From NCBI GenBank assembly GCA_963708135.1, contig OY970192.1:2432001-2496000 (forward strand): a stretch of DNA of 64,000 nucleotides. The letters run 5' to 3'. Both the position numbers and the translations under genes were made by a program. Shown here piece after piece: positions 53,730 to 62,949 of this stretch. Each line of letters opens with the position of its first letter. The first letter of the stretch is position 1. The notes under the pieces were generated by a model. It made no database searches and had not been told where the DNA came from. It saw only the letters and a program-made list of their open reading frames with translations. This DNA is from an uncultured Gemmatimonadales bacterium (GTDB taxonomy: Bacteria; Gemmatimonadota; Gemmatimonadetes; Longimicrobiales; RSA9).

Positions 53730-55463
53730 ATGACCCTCCGCCACCTGCTCGATGAGCTGAAGCGCCGCCACGTGCCTCGCGTGGTGGGCGCCTATGCCGT
53801 CGCGGCGTGGGCGGCGGTGGAGGTCACCTCGACGGTCTTCCCGCTGCTCGGCCTGCCGCAGTGGGCGGCCACGGCGGTCGTGGTGCTCGCGCTGCTCGGC
53901 TTCCCCGTAACCCTGGCGCTGGCGTGGATCTTCGACATCACGCCCCAGGGCGTACGCCGCACCGCGTTAACGGCTGCCCCGTCAGGCGACGTCGCCACCG
54001 CGGACCTCCCGCCCGCCTCAGCGGCCCCGGCGGCCGCGGGTCCCCCGCCGGCCGATGCGGGCGGCGCACGCCGCTCGCTCGGCTTCTTCGGCTTCGGCAT
54101 CCTGGTGGCGCTCGTCGCCTTCGCGGCGTACGCCCGCCTCCGCCCCGGCGCTGAAGAGCCCGCGTCGGCCGGCGGGATCCGCTCGACCGCGGTGCTGCCC
54201 TTCATCGACCTGAGCGCGCGCCACGACCAGGAGTACTTCAGCGACGGCATCACGGAGGAGCTGCTGAACCGGCTCGCGCAGGTCGACGGGCTGCGCGTCG
54301 CGGCGCGCACGTCCTCCTTCGCCTTCAAGGGAAAGAACGAGGACATCAGCGAGATCGGCAGGCAGCTGCGGGTCGAGGGCGTGCTGGAGGGCAGCATGCG
54401 GGTGGACGGCGACCGCGTCCGCATCACCGCCCAGCTGGTGGATGCGCGCACCGGCTACCACCTCTGGTCCCGCGACTTCGACCGCACCCGGCAGGGCGTG
54501 CTGGAGGTGCAGGACGAGATCGCGGGCGCCATCGTGGGCGCGCTGCGCATGCAGTTCGCCGGCGGCACGGCCATGGATGCGGCCGTGGCCGCGGGCGAGC
54601 CGGTCGGAACCCGCGACGTCCGCGCGCACGACCTCTATCTTCTCGGCCTCGCCCGCTGGCACGAGCGCACGAACGCGAACCTGCGCCTCGCGCTGGATGC
54701 GTTCCAGCAGGCGGTCGCGATCGATTCCAGCTACGCGCTCGCCTGGGCGGGCATCGCGCAGACCTACGCCGTGCTGCCCGCCTACGGCGGCTTCCCGGTG
54801 GGCGAGGCGGTCGCCCGAGGGACGGCGGCCGCCGCCCGCGCCCTCGCCCTGAACGCGGGCGTGGCGGAGGCGCACGCCGCCCTCGGCCAGATCGCCCAGA
54901 ACCTCGAGTGGGACCTGCCCTCGGCGGAGGAGGACTACCGCCGCGCCGTGGCCTTCAAGCCGGCGTACGCCACCGCCCACCAGTGGTACGGCGAGACGCT
55001 GCTCATGCTCGGGCGGCTGGACGAGGCGGACGCCGAGTTCCGCCACGCGCTCGAGCTCGACCCCCTCTCGCCGTTTGCCCTGGCCGGCCGTGCCTACGAG
55101 CTCGACCTGCGCGGCCAGCTCGAGGCCGCCCGCGCCGCCAACGCCGCGCTGTCGGAGCGCAACCCCGACTTCGCGGTCGGGCAGCTCCTCGCCCTCTTCT
55201 TCGACCTCCAGACCCACCGCTGGGAGGACGCCGGCGCCGCCGCGGCCCATGCCTTCCGCGACGACACGACGGCGGCGGCAGCCGCCGCCACCATCATCGA
55301 CGGAGTCCGCGACCCGGGCCGCCGCGCCGCCGGCGTCGCCGCCCGCAGCGACGCGAACTTCGCCTTCCTGCTGGTGCACCCGCTGCTCGCCCCGCTCCGC
55401 ACCGATCCGCGCTTCCGCGCCATCGCGGACTCCGTCGGCGTCAGCTTCGCCTCCTCCTCCTGA
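53730..55463 (+). CDS. membrane-anchored TolB-like/TPR protein
   Basis: ELKRRHVPRV..AY..AW, LAWIFD, AVLPF.DLS..DQEYFSDGITEELLN.LA, TPRs, LRTDPRF. Confidence 0.85.
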   Translation: MTLRHLLDELKRRHVPRVVGAYAVAAWAAVEVTSTVFPLLGLPQWAATAVVVLALLGFPVTLALAWIFDITPQGVRRTALTAAPSGDVATADLPPASAAPAAAGPPPADAGGARRSLGFFGFGILVALVAFAAYARLRPGAEEPASAGGIRSTAVLPFIDLSARHDQEYFSDGITEELLNRLAQVDGLRVAARTSSFAFKGKNEDISEIGRQLRVEGVLEGSMRVDGDRVRITAQLVDARTGYHLWSRDFDRTRQGVLEVQDEIAGAIVGALRMQFAGGTAMDAAVAAGEPVGTRDVRAHDLYLLGLARWHERTNANLRLALDAFQQAVAIDSSYALAWAGIAQTYAVLPAYGGFPVGEAVARGTAAAARALALNAGVAEAHAALGQIAQNLEWDLPSAEEDYRRAVAFKPAYATAHQWYGETLLMLGRLDEADAEFRHALELDPLSPFALAGRAYELDLRGQLEAARAANAALSERNPDFAVGQLLALFFDLQTHRWEDAGAAAAHAFRDDTTAAAAAATIIDGVRDPGRRAAGVAARSDANFAFLLVHPLLAPLRTDPRFRAIADSVGVSFASSS

Positions 55464-55627
55464 ACCTCCCCCTGAACCCACCCCTGCCTTCCGTTTCTGC
55501 CCCTGCCCCCACTCCTGCGCTCGAGCCCTGCCCCTGAACCTGCGGACCGGCCCCTCCCCTACCGGCGGTACGATCCTTGTACTACGATCCATGCGGTCGA
55601 TCGCGGCTTTACCAGAGGAGACCCCCC

Positions 55628-56836
55628 GTGCCTTCGATGTCCCGCGCCGCAGCGCGTCGCGTGCTCCCGGACCGTCCGTCCCGTGCGCGTGTCCCCGCGC
55701 CGCTCCTGCTCGCCGTCATTACCGGCTCTCTCGCCCTCGCCGGCTGCCTGCCGAAAGCCAAGGCCGAGGAGCCAGAGTCCGCGCCCGTCGCGGCCACCGC
55801 GCCGCAGGACACGGGGCGCACCGCGACGCCACGGCCACCGGAGAAGAAGCCAGCCGCGGAGCCGAAGCCGACGCCGCCGCCCGCCCCTGCGCCCAGGCCG
55901 GCCGCGCCGAAGCCCGAGCCCAAGCCCGCGCCGAAGCCGGCGCCGGTCGAGCCGAAGCCCGCCGAGCCGAAGCCCGCGGCGCCCGCGGCCGCGCGTGTGG
56001 GGCCGCCCCCGCCGGCGCTGCCGGCCGCGGAGCGGGAGCGGCTGGCGCGCGAGGCGGTGCTGCCGCGACGCCGCATCGTGGCCTACTACGGGACACCGCT
56101 GTCGAGGGGCATGGGGATCCTGGGCGAGCTGCCGCCGAAGGAGATGCTGGCCAGGCTGAAGGCCACGGTGGCCGAGTGGCAGAAGGCGGATCCGTCCACG
56201 CCCGTCGTGCCGGCGCTCCAGGTGATCGTCAGCGCGGCCGCGGGCACGCCTGGGCCGGAGGGGAAGTATCGGACGCGCGCTCCGGCCAGGGTGATCCAGG
56301 AGGTGATCGACTGGGCCGACAGCATCCATGGGCTGGTCTTCCTCGACATCCAGCCCGGGCATAGCACCGTACAGGAGGAGCTGCCGCGGCTGATCCCCTA
56401 CCTGCTCCGGCCGAACGTGCACCTCGCGCTCGACCCCGAGTGGAACATGCCGCCCGGCGTGAAGCCGGCCGAGAAGATCGGCACAATGGACGCGAGCACC
56501 ATCAACTACGCCGTGGACCTCCTGGCCAAGCTCGTCCAGGCCCGCGACCTGCCGCCCAAGATCCTGGTCGTGCACCGCTTCACGCACCATATGGTGACGA
56601 ACGTGGAGGACGTGCAGGACAACGACCCTCGCGTGCAGGTCGTGCTCGACATGGACGGCTGGGGACCGCCCACTCTCAAGCGCTCCAGCTACCGCGACTA
56701 CGTCGCCCGCGCGCCGATCGACCTGAAGGGATTCAAGCTCTTCTACAAGAACGACCGCAAGGGCGACTCCCGCATGATGACGCCGGCCGAGGTGCTCGCG
56801 CTCAAGCCGGCGCCGATCTACATCCAGTACCAGTAA
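55628..56836 (+). CDS. uncharacterised lipoprotein with Pro/Lys-rich linker
   Basis: GAGGAG then GTG; lipobox LAGC; PKP/EPK linker; domain with HLALDPEW, LDMDGWG, GFKLFY. Confidence 0.8.
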   Translation: MPSMSRAAARRVLPDRPSRARVPAPLLLAVITGSLALAGCLPKAKAEEPESAPVAATAPQDTGRTATPRPPEKKPAAEPKPTPPPAPAPRPAAPKPEPKPAPKPAPVEPKPAEPKPAAPAAARVGPPPPALPAAERERLAREAVLPRRRIVAYYGTPLSRGMGILGELPPKEMLARLKATVAEWQKADPSTPVVPALQVIVSAAAGTPGPEGKYRTRAPARVIQEVIDWADSIHGLVFLDIQPGHSTVQEELPRLIPYLLRPNVHLALDPEWNMPPGVKPAEKIGTMDASTINYAVDLLAKLVQARDLPPKILVVHRFTHHMVTNVEDVQDNDPRVQVVLDMDGWGPPTLKRSSYRDYVARAPIDLKGFKLFYKNDRKGDSRMMTPAEVLALKPAPIYIQYQ

Positions 56837-56843
56837 ACAGCCA

Positions 56844-57113
56844 AACGGCGGCACGACCAACGACGGCACGACCTACTGCGGCACGACCAACGGCGGCACG
56901 ACCTACTGCGGCGCCAACTGACGGCGGCACGACCAACGGCGGCACGCCCGGCGGGACGCCATCTCGTCCCACCACCAGGTCAGCGGTGCCCGACATTGGT
57001 GGTGCCCAGTAACTCCTGCCGCAGTAAACCGCATTAAGTGGTGCCGCAGATAAGCCCTGGCGCAGTAGGTCGTGCCGCCGTAAGTCGTGCCGCCGCTACG
57101 TCGTGCCGCCTTG
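56844..57113. repeat. head-to-head arrays of a 15-bp tandem repeat
   Basis: Seven copies of (A/T)AC(G/T)GCGGCACGACC at 56844-56949; reverse-complement copies at about 56997-57113. Confidence 0.9.
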
Positions 57114-57141
57114 ACTCGTGCGCTCCGCACGAACGTGCCCT

Positions 57142-58137
57142 TCAACGCAGGAACCGCCTGAACCATTCCGTGGCCCGGTGCACGTATTCCTCGGGCAGGC
57201 GGTGGCCGGTGTCGTAGAGGTGCAGATCCTTGTCGGGTGAGGCAAGGAGGGAGAACACGTCGCGCGCCTGCGCGGGGGTGTACCATCCGTCCTTCGTGCC
57301 CATCAGCATGAGCAGCGGCGAGTGCACTCGCGGCGCGAAGTCCTCGATGCGGAGCACCGGCGAGACCTTGGTGATCGGCGCGAGCCCCGCCACCGTCGCC
57401 TTCACCCGCGGCTCGAGGGCCGCCAGGTACCAGGCGATCATCCCACCCATGCTGAGCCCCAGCACTCCGACCCGCGCGGTGTCGAGCGTCGGCTGGGTGG
57501 CGATCCAGTCGAGCAGCCGGCGGTGCTCGATCGTCGCCTGCACCACCATGTCTCGCGCGATGGTCGGCGAGTAGATGAGGGCCTCCGCGCTGCGGAAGTC
57601 GTTGGCCTCGATCCGCTCGCCCGCGTACGGCGCGTCGATCGCGACGACGGCGTAGCCGGCCGCCAGCAGCGAGTCCGTCGCGCTCTTCCCCCGCGGCCAT
57701 GAATCCGCCGTCCACCAGCGCTCCTTCCAGCCGCCCACGCCGTCGATCTCGACCACCACGGGGTAGGGCGCCTTCCCGTGCGCCGGCAGCCCCAGCAGCC
57801 CGGGCACACGGCTGCCGCGCCAGCCGTCGAAGGCGAACTTCACCCGCGTCCAGTCCGCCGTCCGCACCGTGTCGATCGTCACGGCGTGCAGCGCCAGCGT
57901 GTCGTCGTAGGTGAAGAAGTCGGAGAGGATGCGGAACGCCTGGTCCCCGATCGGGGGCGGCACCGCCGCGCTGTCGGCCGCCGCCGCCCCGCGCCGCTGC
58001 GCCGCCGCCGGCCCCGCGGCGCCGAGCAGCACCACGGCGGCGAGAGCGGCCACGCACGCCCGGCGTATCGCCGCCGGCGGCGGTGAGCCCACGGCCCGGA
58101 GCGGAGCGGCCCCGGGCCGGCACGCGCTACTGCTCAT
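57142..58137 (-). CDS. secreted alpha/beta hydrolase (esterase or dienelactone-hydrolase-like)
   Basis: Signal-like N-terminus, GLSMGG nucleophile elbow, GTKD, TGH. Start uncertain. Confidence 0.8.
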   Translation of the reverse strand: MSSSACRPGAAPLRAVGSPPPAAIRRACVAALAAVVLLGAAGPAAAQRRGAAAADSAAVPPPIGDQAFRILSDFFTYDDTLALHAVTIDTVRTADWTRVKFAFDGWRGSRVPGLLGLPAHGKAPYPVVVEIDGVGGWKERWWTADSWPRGKSATDSLLAAGYAVVAIDAPYAGERIEANDFRSAEALIYSPTIARDMVVQATIEHRRLLDWIATQPTLDTARVGVLGLSMGGMIAWYLAALEPRVKATVAGLAPITKVSPVLRIEDFAPRVHSPLLMLMGTKDGWYTPAQARDVFSLLASPDKDLHLYDTGHRLPEEYVHRATEWFRRFLR

Positions 58138-58648
58138 CCGCGGACGGCCCGTAGAGTCCCGGCACCGGCACGTCGAGCAGCCGGAGATACACGGTGAGCT
58201 GCGCGCGGTGGTGGATCATGTGGTTCGCGCAGAAGGCGCGCAGCGTGTCCAGCCGCGACCAGGAGAGCACCACCCGCTCGCCCACGCGCAGCGTCCAGGT
58301 GTCCTCGAGCGCCTCGTCGCGGAGCGTGGCGAGCGCCTCACGGAGCTCCGCCACGTTCCTGTCGAACCGCGCCACCAGGGCTTCAGCGCTCTCCGGGATC
58401 GTGCGGTCGAGCGCGACCACCGCCAGGTCGATCTCATCCCGCTGGACGGTCATGACGCCCCACCAGGCGAGGTTCGCCACGTGCACCGCCAGGTCGCCCA
58501 GCGTGTACGACTTCTCGTGCGGCCGCCAGTCCGCCCGCTCCAGCGGGATGCGCTCGAGCACCCGCCGCGTCCCGGCCAGCTCCCGGCCCAGGTCCGAAAG
58601 CGCCGCCTGGCCGATCGGCCCGGCCGTGACCACCGCGTTCTCGCTCAT
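58127..58648 (-). CDS. DinB family protein
   Basis: TRRVLERIP..WRPHEKS.TLG.LA.H, NHMIHHRAQLTVYLRLLDVPVPGLYGPSADE. Confidence 0.92.
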   Translation of the reverse strand: MSENAVVTAGPIGQAALSDLGRELAGTRRVLERIPLERADWRPHEKSYTLGDLAVHVANLAWWGVMTVQRDEIDLAVVALDRTIPESAEALVARFDRNVAELREALATLRDEALEDTWTLRVGERVVLSWSRLDTLRAFCANHMIHHRAQLTVYLRLLDVPVPGLYGPSADEQ

Positions 58649-59296
58649 CTGGTATCGTCCTCGCTCAGCTCGTAGTCCATGACATCGCGGACCGGCGCGT
58701 AGCCGATGCGCGGATAGATCGCGTTCGAGACGGGGTTGGAGAGGTCGCTCGCCGTTCGGCGTCTCCCCCACCACCACCGCCATCGCCACCGGCGCGCCGT
58801 CCGCCCACACGAACAGTGTCCGCCTCCGGATCGCCCGCTCCGCCGCGAAGCGCGGATCGGCCACCGGCAGGCGCGCCTCCCCTCCGAACGCCTCCATCCA
58901 CGAGGCGACGAGCCCCGCGTGCGCCGTCGCGGCCGCACGCATCTCCCCGACCGCCACCGGCTCCGGCGCCACCACCCGCTCCAGCCGATAGAGCCGGTAC
59001 ATGGCGCCAGGCCGCGCCCTGCCGCCCACCCGCGCCGTCCACAGGCGCGCGAACTCCGCCGCCGTGGCCTCGGGCGCGTACACGGCCGGAAGGGCTGGAT
59101 CGGCCGACGCCAGGTCGGCCACCAGCGCCGGCAGCGCCGCCGGCGACAGCTCCGTGAGCACCGGCTTCCGCGGCGGCGTCCGGATCGCGCATCCGAGCAC
59201 CGTCCCGGCCGCCTCCACGGTGGCCAGGTACGCCCGCGGGCGCCCCGCCGCCGGCCGGCTCCGCCGGGGCGGCAACCTGCCCGGAGGCCTCCACAC
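58645..59296 (-). pseudogene. GNAT acetyltransferase with internal deletion and frameshift
   Basis: RTPP, YRLERV, ETPNG in one frame; DLSNPVSNAIYPRIGY in another. The acetyl-CoA-binding segment expected between them is absent. Confidence 0.7.
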
Positions 59297-59299
59297 GCC

Positions 59300-60004
59300 T
59301 CAAGCGGCGCCCGCCGGCACGGCCGCGGCCGGCTCCCGCGCCGGCGCGGCGCGCGGCCCGCGCTTCCGCTCCAGCCATGCCACCACCGCCGCGAGCAGGA
59401 GATAGCTCGACAGCGCGGTGGTTGCGACCGCCGCCGGCGTGGGCGGCGGCGGGCCGTAGGCGCTGGCCACCTGGATCCCCGCGAGCACGACGCCGAAGAC
59501 GGGCATCGCCCAGCGCCCGGCGGGAGTGAGCGGCCGCGTCGCATTCATGTAGATCCAGAGGCCGACGAACAGGATCCCCAGCTCCAGCGGCCACTCCACC
59601 GCCGGGTGGTTCCACAGCCCCAGGCCGACCTTCGGCCCTCCCGGGTAGAGCAGCAGGTCCGGCCCGTGCACCAGCAGGTCCAGCACCCAGTGCGAGAACA
59701 CCGCCGCCCCCACCACCAGCGCCGAGCGCGCCGATCCCTGGCCGCGCCAGAGCCGGTAGGCCGTGAACGCCACCGCCGACCAGAAGAGGGAGCCCGGCAG
59801 GCTGTGCGTGTACGGCATCGAGTAGAGGTCCAGCGGGCTCATGGCCATGAACCCCGGCATGATGCGCACCTTCTCCACGCCCGTCATGACGAAGATCGAC
59901 CACATCACGTCCATGAGCTGCACGGCCAGGAACAGCACCCAGAGCGGCGGCCGCGGGTCCACCCGCTTCGACGCATAGGCCGGCCCGTAGTGCCCTGCGA
60001 ACAT
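59300..60004 (-). CDS. membrane-bound metal-dependent hydrolase-like protein
   Basis: MFAGH, PYTHSL, SHWVLDLLVH, GLGLWN; several TMs. Confidence 0.8.
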   Translation of the reverse strand: MFAGHYGPAYASKRVDPRPPLWVLFLAVQLMDVMWSIFVMTGVEKVRIMPGFMAMSPLDLYSMPYTHSLPGSLFWSAVAFTAYRLWRGQGSARSALVVGAAVFSHWVLDLLVHGPDLLLYPGGPKVGLGLWNHPAVEWPLELGILFVGLWIYMNATRPLTPAGRWAMPVFGVVLAGIQVASAYGPPPPTPAAVATTALSSYLLLAAVVAWLERKRGPRAAPAREPAAAVPAGAA

Positions 60005-60202
60005 CGCGTACCTCCGATCCTTCGGGAAACGAGAGCGCTGCCGCAAAGCTGGCCACGGCACCCGCGCGCCGCAACGCCGCGGGCGCCGTCCCCCGAGGAC
60101 CGACCGCTCCCCGCCACCGCCTCTCGCCGCTCGGAGTTGCGTGCGCGGCCCGGGTCGCCAAATTTTCCGCGGTCATCCCCCGTGCATCCGTGAAGGAGAC
60201 CG

Positions 60203-62242
60203 ATGAGGACCGTCGCCGTCTGGACCGCCGCGCTGCTCGTCCTGCCGCTCTGCGCCGCGCCGCTCGCCGCGCAGAGTCGTCCCGCGCCCACCCTGGACGC
60301 CGCCGCCACCGCGCGCGCCGGCCGGCCGCTGCCGGGACCTGTCTACGAGAGCCCGGGCTTCACCCGCGCCGTCGAGCGCGGCACCCGCACGCGCACCGGC
60401 CGGCCGGGCCCGAGCTACTGGGTCCAGCACGCGCGCTACAGGATCGATGCGACGCTCGACCCCGCCGCCGCCCGCCTGACCGGGAAGGAGACGGTGACCT
60501 ACACGAACGAGTCGCCGGACACGCTCCGCACGCTCGCGGTCCACCTGCGCCAGAACGCGTTCCGCGCCGGCAACCCGCGGCGCACGCCGGCTCCGATCAC
60601 GGGCGGCGTCGCCGTCCAGCGCGTGGCGGTGGACGGCACCGAGATCCAGCCGCGCGCCACGGGCGTCGAGGCGGTGCCGATCACCGAAGCCGTGCGGCGA
60701 CGCCAGTCGGCCGACCGCTATGTGGTGGATGGAACCGTGATGTGGATCCCGCTCGTCCGGCCGCTCGTCCCCCACGCCAGCGTCCGCCTCGACTTCACCT
60801 GGTCGTACTCGCCGCCGCCCGCGCCCTCCGATGGTCGCGAGGGCCGCGAGGGGCACCACCTCTTCTTCATGGGCTACTGGTATCCCCAGGTGGCGGTCTA
60901 CGACGACGTGAACGGCTGGGTGGCCGACCCGTACCTGCTCGAGGCGGAGTTCTACATGGACCCGGCCGACTACGACATCCGACTCACCGTCCCCCGCGGC
61001 TGGCCCGTCGGCGCCACCGGCACGCTCGATAACGCGGCCGAGGTCCTTTCCCCCACCACCCGCGCCCGGCTGGCCGAGGCGCGCCGCACCGGGCGGGTGG
61101 TTCGCGTCTTCTCGCCGGGCGACGCCGCGAACGCCTTCACCGCCGGCGGTCCCACGGCCACGTGGCACTTCACCACGAAGGACATGCGGGACTTCGCCTG
61201 GGGCACGAGCGACCGCTACATCTGGGACGCCACGCGCGCGCTCGTGGGAGGCGAGGGCGGCGCGGCGCCGGACACCGTCGCCATCAACAGCTTCTACCGG
61301 ATCCACCCGCCGGCCGCGGCGTGGGCCAAGGGCGGCGCCCGCTTCACCCGCAACGCCATCGAGCAGCTCTCGAAGTACCTCTGGCCGTATCCCTGGCCGC
61401 AGATGACCTCCATGGAGGGAGTCCTCGACAGCGGCGGCATGGAGTACCCGATGATGACCCTCATGCAGCCGTGGGCGGACACGCTGTCATTGGCCGGGGA
61501 CCTCATGCACGAGACAGGGCATATGTGGTTCCCGATGCAGGTCGGATCCAGCGAGACCCGGTTCCCGTGGATGGACGAGGGATTCACCCAGTACGACGTC
61601 GCCCAGGGCATGCGCCAGCTCTACGGCGAGCCGCGTACCGGAGGCCGGCCCAACGACTCCGAGCCCGGCCAGCGCAGCCTCTACGTCCGCACCGCCGCCG
61701 ACGGCCTCGACCGCACCCTCATGTGGTCCGGCAACCTTTACCCCGACGACGTCTACTTCATCATGTACTACGACAAGACCGCGCAGGTGCTCGCCGCCCT
61801 GCGTGGCATGATCGGCGAGCCGACGTTCCACGCCGCGTTTCGCGAGTATAGCCGCCGCTGGGTCGGCAAGCACCCCTACCCGTGGGACTTCTTCAATACC
61901 ATGAGCGCCGCCGCAGGCCGCGACCTCGACTGGTTCTTCCAGACCTGGTTCTACCACGGCTGGCCGCTCGACCAGGCCATCGCCGCCGTCCAGCCGCGCG
62001 GCGACTCGACCGCCATCACCATCGAGGACCGCGGCCTCGCTCCCATGCCCGTGCCGCTGGCCATCACCCGCGCCGATGGCAGCGTCCAGCACGTGGACGT
62101 GCCCGTGGACGTGTGGCTCACGGGCGCCCGCCAGCACGTGGTCACGGTGGCCGGGAAGCCGGACGTCGTGAAGGTGGTGATCGACCCGGACGGCCTCTAC
62201 CCGGACATCGACCGGGACAACCAGGTCTGGGAGCGGAAGTAG
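60203..62242 (+). CDS. secreted M1 family metallopeptidase
   Basis: Signal peptide; GGMEYP, HETGH...WMDEG, YDKTA. Confidence 0.93.
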   Translation: MRTVAVWTAALLVLPLCAAPLAAQSRPAPTLDAAATARAGRPLPGPVYESPGFTRAVERGTRTRTGRPGPSYWVQHARYRIDATLDPAAARLTGKETVTYTNESPDTLRTLAVHLRQNAFRAGNPRRTPAPITGGVAVQRVAVDGTEIQPRATGVEAVPITEAVRRRQSADRYVVDGTVMWIPLVRPLVPHASVRLDFTWSYSPPPAPSDGREGREGHHLFFMGYWYPQVAVYDDVNGWVADPYLLEAEFYMDPADYDIRLTVPRGWPVGATGTLDNAAEVLSPTTRARLAEARRTGRVVRVFSPGDAANAFTAGGPTATWHFTTKDMRDFAWGTSDRYIWDATRALVGGEGGAAPDTVAINSFYRIHPPAAAWAKGGARFTRNAIEQLSKYLWPYPWPQMTSMEGVLDSGGMEYPMMTLMQPWADTLSLAGDLMHETGHMWFPMQVGSSETRFPWMDEGFTQYDVAQGMRQLYGEPRTGGRPNDSEPGQRSLYVRTAADGLDRTLMWSGNLYPDDVYFIMYYDKTAQVLAALRGMIGEPTFHAAFREYSRRWVGKHPYPWDFFNTMSAAAGRDLDWFFQTWFYHGWPLDQAIAAVQPRGDSTAITIEDRGLAPMPVPLAITRADGSVQHVDVPVDVWLTGARQHVVTVAGKPDVVKVVIDPDGLYPDIDRDNQVWERK

Positions 62243-62272
62243 CTGCCCGGCAGGAGCAGGGATCACGCGACG

Positions 62273-62893
62273 CTACTCCTCCTCCAGGCGTACGTCCAGT
62301 CCCAGCCCCTGGGCCATGACGATCGTCTGGTCAATGGATATGATCGCGCCGCGCAGCTCCACGCGCAGCGGATCCACGGCGCTCAGGTCGCTGCCGCGCA
62401 GGTCGCAGCCGGCGAGGTTGGCGCGGTCCAGCCAGGCGCCGGAGAGGTCCACGTCGCGTAGCGTGGCGCCGTGCAGGTCGGCGCCGACCAGCTCCGCCTC
62501 CCGCATGACGAGGCCGCGGAAGGACGCGCTGTGCAGGTCCGCCCCCGCCAGGCCGACGAAGGACCAGTTCCCGCCCGACACCTGCATGACCTCGAAGCCG
62601 CAGCGCTCGAAGCGGCTGCCCACCAGCTTGCAGTCGGTGAAGCGGGCGTCGTAGAACGAGCACCCCGCGAACCAGCAGTTCACGAACGCCGCCCGCCGGT
62701 GCACGGAGGCGTTGAACCGCACCCGCCGGAACACACACTCCTCGAAGCTGGCACCCTCCTCCTCGACCTCCGTCAGGTCGAGGTCGAGGAAGAGCACCCT
62801 CGCGTGGCTCGCGCCCGAGATGTCGCGGCCGGACGGCACCGCGCCACTGACCGTCCTCTCCGTCTCCGGCTCCCGCGGCCCTCCCCCTCTCAT
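62273..62893 (-). CDS. pentapeptide repeat protein (MfpA-like)
   Basis: Tandem A(D/S)(L/F)xx pentapeptides with a C-terminal helix DQTIVMAQGLGL. Start uncertain. Confidence 0.85.
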   Translation of the reverse strand: MRGGGPREPETERTVSGAVPSGRDISGASHARVLFLDLDLTEVEEEGASFEECVFRRVRFNASVHRRAAFVNCWFAGCSFYDARFTDCKLVGSRFERCGFEVMQVSGGNWSFVGLAGADLHSASFRGLVMREAELVGADLHGATLRDVDLSGAWLDRANLAGCDLRGSDLSAVDPLRVELRGAIISIDQTIVMAQGLGLDVRLEEE

Positions 62894-62949
62894 CCACCCG
62901 TCCGGATCTGAACTTGAATTCGCATGCCCGAGCCCCGACCCCCGAGCCC

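Noticed and set aside
55850..55990. GCCGAAGCC-type repeats as a DNA element
   Set aside because: They simply encode the Pro/Lys/Glu linker of the lipoprotein.
56844..57113. CRISPR array
   Set aside because: Units are 15 bp, directly abutting, with no unique spacers and no cas genes.
58127..59296. GNAT-DinB fusion protein
   Set aside because: Artefact of the GNAT deletion; DinB has its own SD and ATG at 58648.
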